This document shows positions 41,419 to 49,687 of a stretch of DNA of 64,000 nt, piece by piece; position 1 is the first letter of the stretch; every line of letters starts with the position of its first letter. The translations under genes were made by a program, and so were the position numbers. The stretch comes from Candidatus Parcubacteria bacterium (GTDB lineage: Bacteria; Patescibacteriota; Minisyncoccia; UBA6257; 2-01-FULL-56-20). The notes beneath the pieces are model-generated. The model made no database searches, was not told the origin of the DNA, and saw nothing but the letters and a program-made list of their open reading frames with translations. Location of the stretch: NCBI GenBank assembly GCA_027450205.1, contig DAIDJL010000002.1, positions 7,870 through 71,869 of the forward strand. The letters are read 5' to 3'.

Positions 41419-41787
41419 CTAGGCCTCTCCGAAAAGATGGTAGTGATATACGATAAGGAGATAGATTCCGGCAAGCATGAAGAAACCCAGCATGCCCGCG
41501 CCGATCGCAAGCTTCGGCCCGATGCGCGGTGCAAGATAGGCCACAAGGACCATATACGGCACCCACGAAACGATGGTGCCCACGAGCACGAACCATGCGT
41601 GCGAACCCACCGCCTTCCCGCCGCTCGTCTGGCCGATGAAGATATATGCCACGAGCGTAAAAACGGGCATGAGCGTAGCGAACCCCGAAAGCAGGCGCGA
41701 ACCATTCTCTTCGAGCGCGACAATGAGTGTCGTAAAGATGCCGCCGGTCAAAAAATATACGAGATAGCTTTTCACCATTGGCCACAT
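41419..41787 (-). CDS. Small 4-TM membrane protein (GlpM/DUF3147-like)
   Basis: YFLTGG..LLSGFATLMP; four hydrophobic segments; start codon uncertain. Confidence 0.65.
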   Translation of the reverse strand: MWPMVKSYLVYFLTGGIFTTLIVALEENGSRLLSGFATLMPVFTLVAYIFIGQTSGGKAVGSHAWFVLVGTIVSWVPYMVLVAYLAPRIGPKLAIGAGMLGFFMLAGIYLLIVYHYHLFGEA

Positions 41788-41794
41788 ATTCCTA

Positions 41795-42865
41795 TTATAG
41801 CAAAAACGGGGCCCCGCCACGCCAGTCGGCGGCAAATGTTTTCATGAGCCCCGCGATGATGCCCCGGTCTTCCGTAAGAAGGCCAAGCTCCCGATTCTCG
41901 TCAAGCGACCCCTTGGAAAAATTCTCCGAACCGACAAAAGCGCGGGCAAGCATGCTTCCGGCGTCCGCCACGACCATCTTGGCATGGATATAGAGCGGTG
42001 CATCATCCGCATCCGCATAGGTGCGCACGTGCGCACCCGCGGTCACAAGCTCGGCAAAATTCCATTTCCACTGCGACGAACCCGTCATCACCACATATAC
42101 CGCCACGCCACGCCTGGTGGCATCAATGAGCGCCTTCGTCACGTCCATATCCGCCATCTCCTCGTTATATATAGACAAGGACCTGGTTGCACTCCCGATC
42201 AGATCAAGGATCGCCGGTTCCGAGCCCGGGCTCCAAAGAAGGTCGTCGCCGGCATCGTTGGCATTGCCGCCGCGCAAAGCCATCGCCATGTCGGTCGAGC
42301 CGCTCCCCCGCCAGTCTTCTCCGAACGTATCTTCCATCGCGACAACATCACGCCGGTCGGCATCAACGATCCCGAAATCCCTGCCGGTCACGTAATACTT
42401 CGAAACCAGATTGAAGGTCATGATAAGCGCGCGTTCGCCATCAATAACAAGCGATTTTTCATGCGTCAAAGAAAAATATCCCGGCGAGTACCGCACGGGA
42501 ACGCCGTGGGCTTTCAAAAAATCGTATGCCGCCGTATACGCTGTCGGCGGCGACCCTTTATATCCGCCGTTCAAAATAACTCGCACCGCCACGCCGCGCG
42601 CATTATCCGCCGCAAGCGCTGCTTCCACCTGCGCATCATCGAGCTCGTACATCACGAGATCAAGCGATGCCTTCGCGCCGTTGATCATGGCGAGTACCGG
42701 CGCAATGCCATCGTCCGGTTCGGTGACGAGGGAAAGGCTGCCTACCGATGCGGCGTCTCTTTGATGTATATGAAATTTTTGGAAAAAAACGGGTATTCCG
42801 GCGCGAACGAAAATGGCCGCCACAATGAGGCACGATACAGCTGCGACGGCATACTTCCATTTCAT
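41795..42865 (-). CDS. Phospholipase D family protein (two HKD motifs)
   Basis: HEKSLVID and HAKMVVAD..GSEN; N-terminal TM/signal. Confidence 0.92.
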   Translation of the reverse strand: MKWKYAVAAVSCLIVAAIFVRAGIPVFFQKFHIHQRDAASVGSLSLVTEPDDGIAPVLAMINGAKASLDLVMYELDDAQVEAALAADNARGVAVRVILNGGYKGSPPTAYTAAYDFLKAHGVPVRYSPGYFSLTHEKSLVIDGERALIMTFNLVSKYYVTGRDFGIVDADRRDVVAMEDTFGEDWRGSGSTDMAMALRGGNANDAGDDLLWSPGSEPAILDLIGSATRSLSIYNEEMADMDVTKALIDATRRGVAVYVVMTGSSQWKWNFAELVTAGAHVRTYADADDAPLYIHAKMVVADAGSMLARAFVGSENFSKGSLDENRELGLLTEDRGIIAGLMKTFAADWRGGAPFLL

Positions 42866-42982
42866 CCCTGCATCGTACCATCCGCAGATTAAAGGAAGAT
42901 TAACCATAAACGCCATTGACTCCGCATCACGAGGTTGTTACTCTTCTTTTAGAATCATCACGTATGCCCCGGGGAGGAAAGA

Positions 42983-43192
42983 ATGCATATCTCGCATGAG
43001 TTCTACCTTGCATACCACCATTTTGACTTCCTGCTGGTGGACTATCCCGCCTTCCACGCGGGCATAGGAATAGTCGCGCTTACGGTTCTTGCGCTCGTGA
43101 TCCTCATTTTCCGCCGGCAAAAAAGAATGGAGGCTCGCCAAAAGAAAATGGAAAAATACCTTCTCCAGCTCATCGACTCAAAGGCCCTGTGA
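42983..43192 (+). CDS. Small single-TM orphan protein
   Basis: TTGACT..TACTCT promoter-like motif, SD GGAGG, TM followed by RRQKR. Confidence 0.65.
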   Translation: MHISHEFYLAYHHFDFLLVDYPAFHAGIGIVALTVLALVILIFRRQKRMEARQKKMEKYLLQLIDSKAL

Positions 43193-43234
43193 AATCACAG
43201 GGCCTCGCCACTACCCAGCCAGACACTTAAACCA

Positions 43235-44236
43235 ATGATTGCTGACGACAAAACCGGCTTCTGGGCAACGCTCCCCCGCCCGATCATGGCACTTGCGCCG
43301 ATGGCGAACGTCACCGACGAGGCGTTCCGGCGCATGTTCGCGGAATGCGGCAAACCGGATGTCCTTTGGACAGAATTCGTCTCGGTAGAAGGGCTGCTTT
43401 CGCGCGGCCGCGAGAAGCTTTTGGCCGATCTGTGGTTCAGCACGGAAGAGCGCCCCATCGTGGCGCAGATCTTTGGTTCCAAGCCGGAACAGTTTGAGGC
43501 AATCGGACCACTCCTTAAAGAGCTCGGCTTTGATGGCATTGACATCAATATGGGCTGCCCCGACCGTGGCGTGGAAAGATCCGGCGCCGGCGCGGCGCTC
43601 ATCAAAGATCCGACGCGGGCAAAGGAGATCATCCGCGCGGCGAAGCGCGGCGCGGGCGGACTCCCCGTCTCCGTGAAAACCCGGCTCGGCTACCGCTCGA
43701 CCGAAGAAATGAATGGATGGATGACGGCGCTGTTCGAAGAAGAGCCCGCGGCGCTGGTTGTCCATCTTCGCACCCGTGCCGAGATGTCCGCCGTACCCGC
43801 CCACTGGGACATCGCCCCAAAAATAGTGGAGCTCCGGGGCAAAATTGCACCAAAAACCGTCGTTCTCGGCAATGGCGACGCCCGCTCACTTGAGGATGCC
43901 CGGCAAAAAACCAGGGAATCGGGCATGGATGGAGTGATGACAGGCTCCGGCGCCTTTGGTAACCCATGGTTCTTCTCCGGCCGGACGCCGGACATCAAGG
44001 AGCGGCTGGAACGCCTGGTCACCCATACCGAACTATTTGAAAAGCTTTACCGGAGCGACAATCCTAGAGCGATCGGCAAGGGTGGGCGGCTTAAGAACTT
44101 TGAGGTTATGAAAAAGCATTATAAGTCGTATACCACCGGATTCGACGGGTCCAAAGAACTTAGGATCCATCTTATGGAAGCAAAAAACGCCGCAGAGGTC
44201 CGTAAAATAGTCCGGGATTTCCTTAAAAAATCATAA
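43235..44236 (+). CDS. dus: tRNA-dihydrouridine synthase
   Basis: LAPMANVTD..FR, TEFVS, IDINMGCP, SVKTRLG, GNGD, GNPW. Confidence 0.95.
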   Translation: MIADDKTGFWATLPRPIMALAPMANVTDEAFRRMFAECGKPDVLWTEFVSVEGLLSRGREKLLADLWFSTEERPIVAQIFGSKPEQFEAIGPLLKELGFDGIDINMGCPDRGVERSGAGAALIKDPTRAKEIIRAAKRGAGGLPVSVKTRLGYRSTEEMNGWMTALFEEEPAALVVHLRTRAEMSAVPAHWDIAPKIVELRGKIAPKTVVLGNGDARSLEDARQKTRESGMDGVMTGSGAFGNPWFFSGRTPDIKERLERLVTHTELFEKLYRSDNPRAIGKGGRLKNFEVMKKHYKSYTTGFDGSKELRIHLMEAKNAAEVRKIVRDFLKKS

Positions 44237-44333
44237 AATTTGAGGTTGCCAAGCCCGGGGTCATGCCTTCCGGCACCCCGGCCCGGCCGATTGACTTCCT
44301 GGAGAGGGTCTGCTAGTATATAGGCACAAGTAA

Positions 44334-44816
44334 ATGAGTACTAATATATACCCCGTGAGGGGCTTTTTTATTGGGAAATTGGGCAAATTCCTGAAGGTCG
44401 CGGTGGTCGTAGCGCTTTTTGCGTACCCGGCAACCATCCAGGCAGATACGGCCATCCCCCATTCGCAAAGCACCGCTTTCGTGGCTCCATCAGCCATTGT
44501 AGCGATCCCGGACGTAAAAACCGTCTGGGTAACGGCCTATACGAGCGACCCCGCCGAGACGTCAAACCACCCCCTCATCACCGCCTCGGGCGGGATGGTA
44601 CACGATGGAGAGGTAGCGGCAAATTTCCTTCCTTTCGGAACCAGGATCCAGATTCCGTCACTTTTTGGCAATAAGGTCTTCGTGGTAGAGGATCGGACCG
44701 CCGCGAGGTTCGGCGGCCGGGTGGACATATGGATGCCTACCGTCAGTCAAGCGGTCAACTTCGGCATTCAACACGCCAAAATCGTCATTCTCGACCAGAA
44801 TCTGGCGATACAGTAA
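44334..44816 (+). CDS. 3D domain (MltA-like) exported protein
   Basis: VTAYTS..TASG..AANFLPFGT..VEDR..VDIW. Confidence 0.88.
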   Translation: MSTNIYPVRGFFIGKLGKFLKVAVVVALFAYPATIQADTAIPHSQSTAFVAPSAIVAIPDVKTVWVTAYTSDPAETSNHPLITASGGMVHDGEVAANFLPFGTRIQIPSLFGNKVFVVEDRTAARFGGRVDIWMPTVSQAVNFGIQHAKIVILDQNLAIQ

Positions 44817-44825
44817 AATAACTGG

Positions 44826-45425
44826 GTGTCACGGCAACTCTTTCGGTTCCTTATTCAATACAAATACGCGATTCTCTTCCCTATCGCCACGCTCGAGGGA
44901 CCTATTATCACATTGGCGTCCGGATTCCTCGTCTCGCTTGGCATTTTAAGTTTCATACCCACCCTTTTGATAGTGTTCTCCGGAGACTTGATCTCTGATT
45001 CCTTTTATTATTCTATGGGAAAACGCGGGAGGAAATTCGTCGAACGCATAAAATTCCTCCACATTTCCGATGAGCGCCTTAAAAAGGTGGAAAAGCATTT
45101 CGAAAAGCATCCGGGTAAGACGTTCATCGTCAGCAAGGCTTCCTACGGCGTTGGGTCGCTTTTCCTTATGGCCGCCGGCGTATCAAAGATGAGCTATCAA
45201 AAATTCCTGGAGTATATCACGCCGCTAAATGCCATCCGCTCAACCATATTGCTCCTTGCCGGGTACTATTTGGGCACGGCGGTACGCTATTCCGGGACAT
45301 ATCTTGCCTATTATACCGCCGGCGTCGTTGTCCTTTTGCCGGTCGGATATTATATAATCAAGAAGCTCAGAGAATTTCATCTACTAGAAGGAAAGGAACC
45401 GGACGAAGAGCCGGAAATTCTATGA
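44826..45425 (+). CDS. DedA/VTT family membrane protein
   Basis: LEGP...LASG, GD...D...Y..GK, FEKH, AGVSKM.Y.KF. Confidence 0.88.
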   Translation: MSRQLFRFLIQYKYAILFPIATLEGPIITLASGFLVSLGILSFIPTLLIVFSGDLISDSFYYSMGKRGRKFVERIKFLHISDERLKKVEKHFEKHPGKTFIVSKASYGVGSLFLMAAGVSKMSYQKFLEYITPLNAIRSTILLLAGYYLGTAVRYSGTYLAYYTAGVVVLLPVGYYIIKKLREFHLLEGKEPDEEPEIL

Positions 45426-45844
45426 AAAATATATTAAAAGGGTTCAAAGAGTTCGTTTTGCGCGGAAGCGTGGTGGATCTTGCCGTCGGCGTCATGATCG
45501 GCGCGGCATTCAATGGCGTCGTTACGGCACTCGTAAAGGACCTTATGACCCCGCTCATCGCGGCCATTTTTAAACAGCCCAATTTTTCCACGTTCTTCTT
45601 TACGGTTAACGGTAGTCAGTTCCTCTATGGCGATTTTATCAATAACCTGATTTCATTCCTGATCACGGCCGCAACGATCTATTTCTTTATCGTGATCCCC
45701 ATCAACAAACTGAGCGGCATACGCAAAGGCCCGCCGCCCGAGGCGACCACCAAGACGTGCCCCGAATGCCTAAGCAGCATCCCCGCCAAAGCGAACCGCT
45801 GCGCATATTGCACGAGCATACAGCCGACACGGGAAAAGAAGTAA
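45422..45844 (+). CDS. mscL: Large-conductance mechanosensitive channel with C-terminal CxxC..CxxC
   Basis: FKEFVLRGSVVDLAVGVMIGAAF; CPEC..CAYC. Confidence 0.95.
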   Translation: MKNILKGFKEFVLRGSVVDLAVGVMIGAAFNGVVTALVKDLMTPLIAAIFKQPNFSTFFFTVNGSQFLYGDFINNLISFLITAATIYFFIVIPINKLSGIRKGPPPEATTKTCPECLSSIPAKANRCAYCTSIQPTREKK

Positions 45845-45900
45845 CGTTTAGCGGCTGGCGCACGTTACAAGGATGAGTCTGCATGAAATAATATAAGATC

Positions 45901-47697
45901 ATGGCACCATCCCGATCCGGCAAGTCAGGCCTTAGCCGTGATACTTTTTTCAGCGGCGCCGCGATCATCGCACGGCAGTTGCGCCCGTATAAAAAAATGC
46001 TCATCTGGCTGAGCATTTTTGGGCTGCTGAACGCAACCGCGCAAGCGTTCGTTCCGCTCATCTCCGGAAAGATCTTCGATGCGATCGTCAAAATCTCGCA
46101 GGATCCGGCGTCGGTGCTCATGCCGTTCATCATCCTTCTCGTCGTCTGGACGATTTTGCAGGTCGCGAGCAACGTGATCAGCTGGTGGACCAGCTTTCAA
46201 AACGACAAGCTAAGCACCATTCTCCATACCGAATATACCGCGGAGGGATTCGGCAGGCTGTTCGAGATGCCGCTCGCATTTCACACCCTTCAAAAACAGG
46301 GTGACGTGAACGACCGCATCCAACGCGCCGCCAACTGGCTGGACCAGATCGTGGGCAATGTATTGCTCTCGCTCCTGCCAAGCTTCCTAAGCATCGCAGT
46401 GGCGCTCGTCATCACCTTTATCGTCAATTGGCAGCTCACACTCGTGCTCGTGGCGGCCATCATTATTTATGCCGGCGTCCTTTGGAGTGCCGTTCCGCGC
46501 CTGTCGGGCCTCCAAAAACGCATGCACCGCGCATGGAACCGCGCGTACGGCGATTCGTATGACGCACTCGGCAACATCCGCGAGATCAAGCAGGCAGCAA
46601 CAGAAAAGCAGGAAAAAAAGAAAGTTCGCGTGAATTTCGTCAACCGCGCCGCACAGTTCTGGATCGATCTCAACACCGTCTTCGCCCGCCTGTCGTTCGC
46701 GCAAAAAATGCTCGTGTCGCTCACCCAGCTTTCCATTTTTGTCATCTCCATTTTCTTCGTGCGCAACGGCACGCTCACGCCGGGCGGGCTCGTAGCATTC
46801 AACGGATATGCGGCGATGATCCTCGGCCCGTTCGTCCTGCTCGGCCAGCAGTGGCAAACGATCCAAAACGGCCTCGTGGCGATCGTGCGCGCGGACAAAC
46901 TGCTCGCGATGCCGATCGAAACATACACACCGGACGGCGGCATATCCCTTGCAAAGCTCGCCGGCGACGTTGAGTTCCGCGCCGTGCGCTTTGCATATAA
47001 GAGCAACAATGAAACGCTCAAAGGCATCTCATTCCACGCGCGGGCAGGGCAGAAGATCGCTTTGGTCGGCGAGTCGGGCGTCGGCAAGACGACGATCATC
47101 GATCTGCTCTCCGGATTTTATTTCCCACAACGCGGAAAGATTTTCATCGACGGTATTGATATCAAAAAGATGAATCTGCGCGATTACCGTTCGCGCATCG
47201 GCACCGTGCCGCAGGAGCCGACGCTCTTCAACGACACGATCGAGGCAAACATCCGCTACGGCAATCCCGGCAAATCGTACGATGAGATGGTGGCAGCATG
47301 CCGCGATGCCTACGCGCAGGAATTCATCGAGGCGTTCCCCAAAAAATATAAAACGGTCGTCGGCTGGCGCGGGGTCAAGCTCTCCATCGGACAGAAGCAG
47401 CGCATCGCGCTCGCCCGTGCGTTCCTGCGCGCGCCGGATATCCTGGTCTTGGACGAGCCTACCTCCGCGCTTGACGCAAAATCCGAGCACCTTATCAAGG
47501 CATCATTCGAAAAGCTGATGCGCGGACGCACCACATTCATCATCGCGCACCGGCTCTCCACCGTCCGCGAGGTGGATCTGATCCTGGTTTTAAAGAACGG
47601 CGAGATCGCGGAGCAGGGCAGCCATGCTGAACTGATGAAGTTGCCCGGCGGCGTCTACCGCGAATTATACGAAATGCAGGCGGGGTTTGGCGGGTAA
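45901..47697 (+). CDS. ABC exporter, fused permease/ATPase (MsbA/MdlB-like)
   Basis: 6-TM domain, GESGVGKT, LSIGQKQR, LDEPTSALD, IAHRLST. Confidence 0.94.
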   Translation: MAPSRSGKSGLSRDTFFSGAAIIARQLRPYKKMLIWLSIFGLLNATAQAFVPLISGKIFDAIVKISQDPASVLMPFIILLVVWTILQVASNVISWWTSFQNDKLSTILHTEYTAEGFGRLFEMPLAFHTLQKQGDVNDRIQRAANWLDQIVGNVLLSLLPSFLSIAVALVITFIVNWQLTLVLVAAIIIYAGVLWSAVPRLSGLQKRMHRAWNRAYGDSYDALGNIREIKQAATEKQEKKKVRVNFVNRAAQFWIDLNTVFARLSFAQKMLVSLTQLSIFVISIFFVRNGTLTPGGLVAFNGYAAMILGPFVLLGQQWQTIQNGLVAIVRADKLLAMPIETYTPDGGISLAKLAGDVEFRAVRFAYKSNNETLKGISFHARAGQKIALVGESGVGKTTIIDLLSGFYFPQRGKIFIDGIDIKKMNLRDYRSRIGTVPQEPTLFNDTIEANIRYGNPGKSYDEMVAACRDAYAQEFIEAFPKKYKTVVGWRGVKLSIGQKQRIALARAFLRAPDILVLDEPTSALDAKSEHLIKASFEKLMRGRTTFIIAHRLSTVREVDLILVLKNGEIAEQGSHAELMKLPGGVYRELYEMQAGFGG

Positions 47698-47701
47698 GAA
47701 T

Positions 47702-47735
47702 AAAAAAAGGCCACCAGGATGCATAACAGGTGGCC
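47702..47735 (-). terminator. Rho-independent terminator
   Basis: ggccacc...ggtggcc with a 7-U run on the minus strand. Confidence 0.7.
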
Positions 47736-47822
47736 AGCGGAGGATGAAGCCTCATCTCCGTGAGGCCCAAGATCATTATACATAAAATCGCCGCAGTGTA
47801 AATTCGGGCTTCCCCGCCCCGC

Positions 47823-48362
47823 TTACGAGGCTTTCTCCAGCCCTTTTCTGCTCTCCATTAAAAGCCAATGCACGAACCACGCACAGAGCAATCCGATCGC
47901 CGCACCGCCAGCGATATCCAGCGGCCAGTGCACGCCGACATAGATGCGCGCGACGCCCATGATCGTCGCAAGCGCAAAGAACCACCATCCCCACTTGCGA
48001 TTGGCATACCAGACCACGAACGCAAGAGCGAAGAACCATGCGGCATGCCCCGATGGGAACGACCACCCGCTTTCGGAAATGAGCGGTGTAAAACCATAGA
48101 AAACGAACGGCCGCGGATGATGATAAAAGAAATGGATGGCCTCGGTCACCAGTCCGCGCGCGAGGATGATCGCAAGCGCCCCTTCGGAAAAAAGATATAC
48201 CTTCCGCCGCCACCCATTTTGATAGTATACGAGCACAAGGAATGCGAGCACCAGAAGATACGGCAGATATTCCGCAAAAAATATCCCGAGCACATTCCAA
48301 AACGCATTACGATGTCCGGCGGCATAAATGAACTGGAAGGCCGCCTGATTGAAAGAAAACAT
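47823..48362 (-). CDS. PAP2 phosphatase (BcrC-like undecaprenyl-diphosphatase)
   Basis: PRPF, SFPSGH, ARIYVGVHWPLDI. Confidence 0.92.
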   Translation of the reverse strand: MFSFNQAAFQFIYAAGHRNAFWNVLGIFFAEYLPYLLVLAFLVLVYYQNGWRRKVYLFSEGALAIILARGLVTEAIHFFYHHPRPFVFYGFTPLISESGWSFPSGHAAWFFALAFVVWYANRKWGWWFFALATIMGVARIYVGVHWPLDIAGGAAIGLLCAWFVHWLLMESRKGLEKAS

Positions 48363-48428
48363 ATCTGTTCATTATAACAGATAAGCAAGCCATATTCATG
48401 AGATGATCTCTTTTATATGTAATGTAAT

Positions 48429-48521
48429 AAGTAGAAAAAGAACAGACCCTACCTTTTTTGACGGTCACGTTCCTACGTGGCATTTCCGTCAAAAAAGGTA
48501 GGGTCTGTTCTTTTTCTACTT
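48429..48521. repeat. Perfect 36 bp inverted repeat overlapping the rpsR stop codon
   Basis: 48429-48464 is the exact reverse complement of 48486-48521. Confidence 0.92.
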
Positions 48522-48731
48522 GCGGACGTACGGAAGCAGTGCCATGAACCTTGCCTGCTTGATCGCAGTAGAAAGCTTGCGCTGATGCTTCGCGCAGATA
48601 TGCGTGTGGCGCGGGTCGATGATCTTTGCCTGGCTCGAAACGAACCGGCGCAAAAGGTCGATCTCCTTGTAGTCGATGTTCTTTAAGTTCTGCGAGCAGA
48701 AAAAGCACTGCTGGGCTGTCGTGGGTGCCAT
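48516..48731 (-). CDS. rpsR: 30S ribosomal protein bS18 (zinc-binding form)
   Basis: CFFC..IDYK..LLRRF..KI..CAKHQR..AIKQAR..LLPY. Confidence 0.96.
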   Translation of the reverse strand: MAPTTAQQCFFCSQNLKNIDYKEIDLLRRFVSSQAKIIDPRHTHICAKHQRKLSTAIKQARFMALLPYVRK

Positions 48732-48747
48732 AATTATCGTGTGTTAT

Positions 48748-49320
48748 TTATACTTTTCTTACTTGGAGTGAATCAAGTTCTACCGCAGTATCCCGTCCGA
48801 AGATGGGCACCAAAACCTTGATACTGCCCTTCTCTTCGTTCACTTCGGAGATCTTGCCGTCGTATTCCTTGAACGGACCGTCGGTTATTTTTACCAGATC
48901 ACCCACCTTTAAGTCAAGGATCATCTTCTTGTCGCCCTCGCCGGTGCGCGCAAGGAGGAAGTCCACCTCATCCTTGGAAAGCGGCGTTGGTGTGGTGTTA
49001 TCCGGGCCGACAAAGCCCGTCACACGCGGCGTGTTACGCACTACATACCACGAATCCTCGGTAAGGATCATCTCCACGAGCACATAGCCCGGATAGATCT
49101 TTTCTTCAACCGTCGTGCGCTTGCCCGCCTTCACCTTTATTTTCTTCTCTTTCGGGACGAGAATGTTAAAAATTTTATCGCCCATCGCAAGGGATTCAAC
49201 GCGCTGCGTAAGATAACGCGAAACCGCTTCTTCATAGCCGGAATACGTCTGCACGGCGTACCACTGACGTACTGCCTGTTTTTCGTTTTGGGTTCCTGAG
49301 CTGGGATGGTTCAATGCCAT
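48748..49320 (-). CDS. nusG: Transcription factor NusG
   Basis: WYAVQTYSGYE, PGYVLVEM, VRNTPRVTGFVG, KOW GPF, IFGR. Confidence 0.97.
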   Translation of the reverse strand: MALNHPSSGTQNEKQAVRQWYAVQTYSGYEEAVSRYLTQRVESLAMGDKIFNILVPKEKKIKVKAGKRTTVEEKIYPGYVLVEMILTEDSWYVVRNTPRVTGFVGPDNTTPTPLSKDEVDFLLARTGEGDKKMILDLKVGDLVKITDGPFKEYDGKISEVNEEKGSIKVLVPIFGRDTAVELDSLQVRKV

Positions 49321-49337
49321 GAATCTACCTAATTATA

Positions 49338-49526
49338 TTACTGCAGAATAAAATTCTTTATCAAGAACGAGAAAAGATAATCGAACGCGCCCAAAAATAG
49401 CGCAAGGCCGACCGTGATGCCGATGACGATAAGGGTGAGGCGGGTCGCCTCCTGGCGCGTTGGCCAGTTGACGTGACGCAGTTCAGTGCGCGCCTCGCTG
49501 AAGAATTTTTTCATCCAAGAAAACAT
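49338..49526 (-). CDS. secE: Preprotein translocase subunit SecE
   Basis: ELRHVNWPTR + TM; upstream of nusG. Confidence 0.95.
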   Translation of the reverse strand: MFSWMKKFFSEARTELRHVNWPTRQEATRLTLIVIGITVGLALFLGAFDYLFSFLIKNFILQ

Positions 49527-49687
49527 GGCTGCATTATATTTTTGCCGATTTTTCTAATTAAAATACCGCTATACTCGCGGCGGGAGGTATGAAGAGTATA
49601 GCACGGAAAAGGCGCGGGCGTCAACCGGTATTGCCGATGGCATATGCCCGAACAAAATAGGAACACAGCCCGAGCCCGCCGGTGGGG

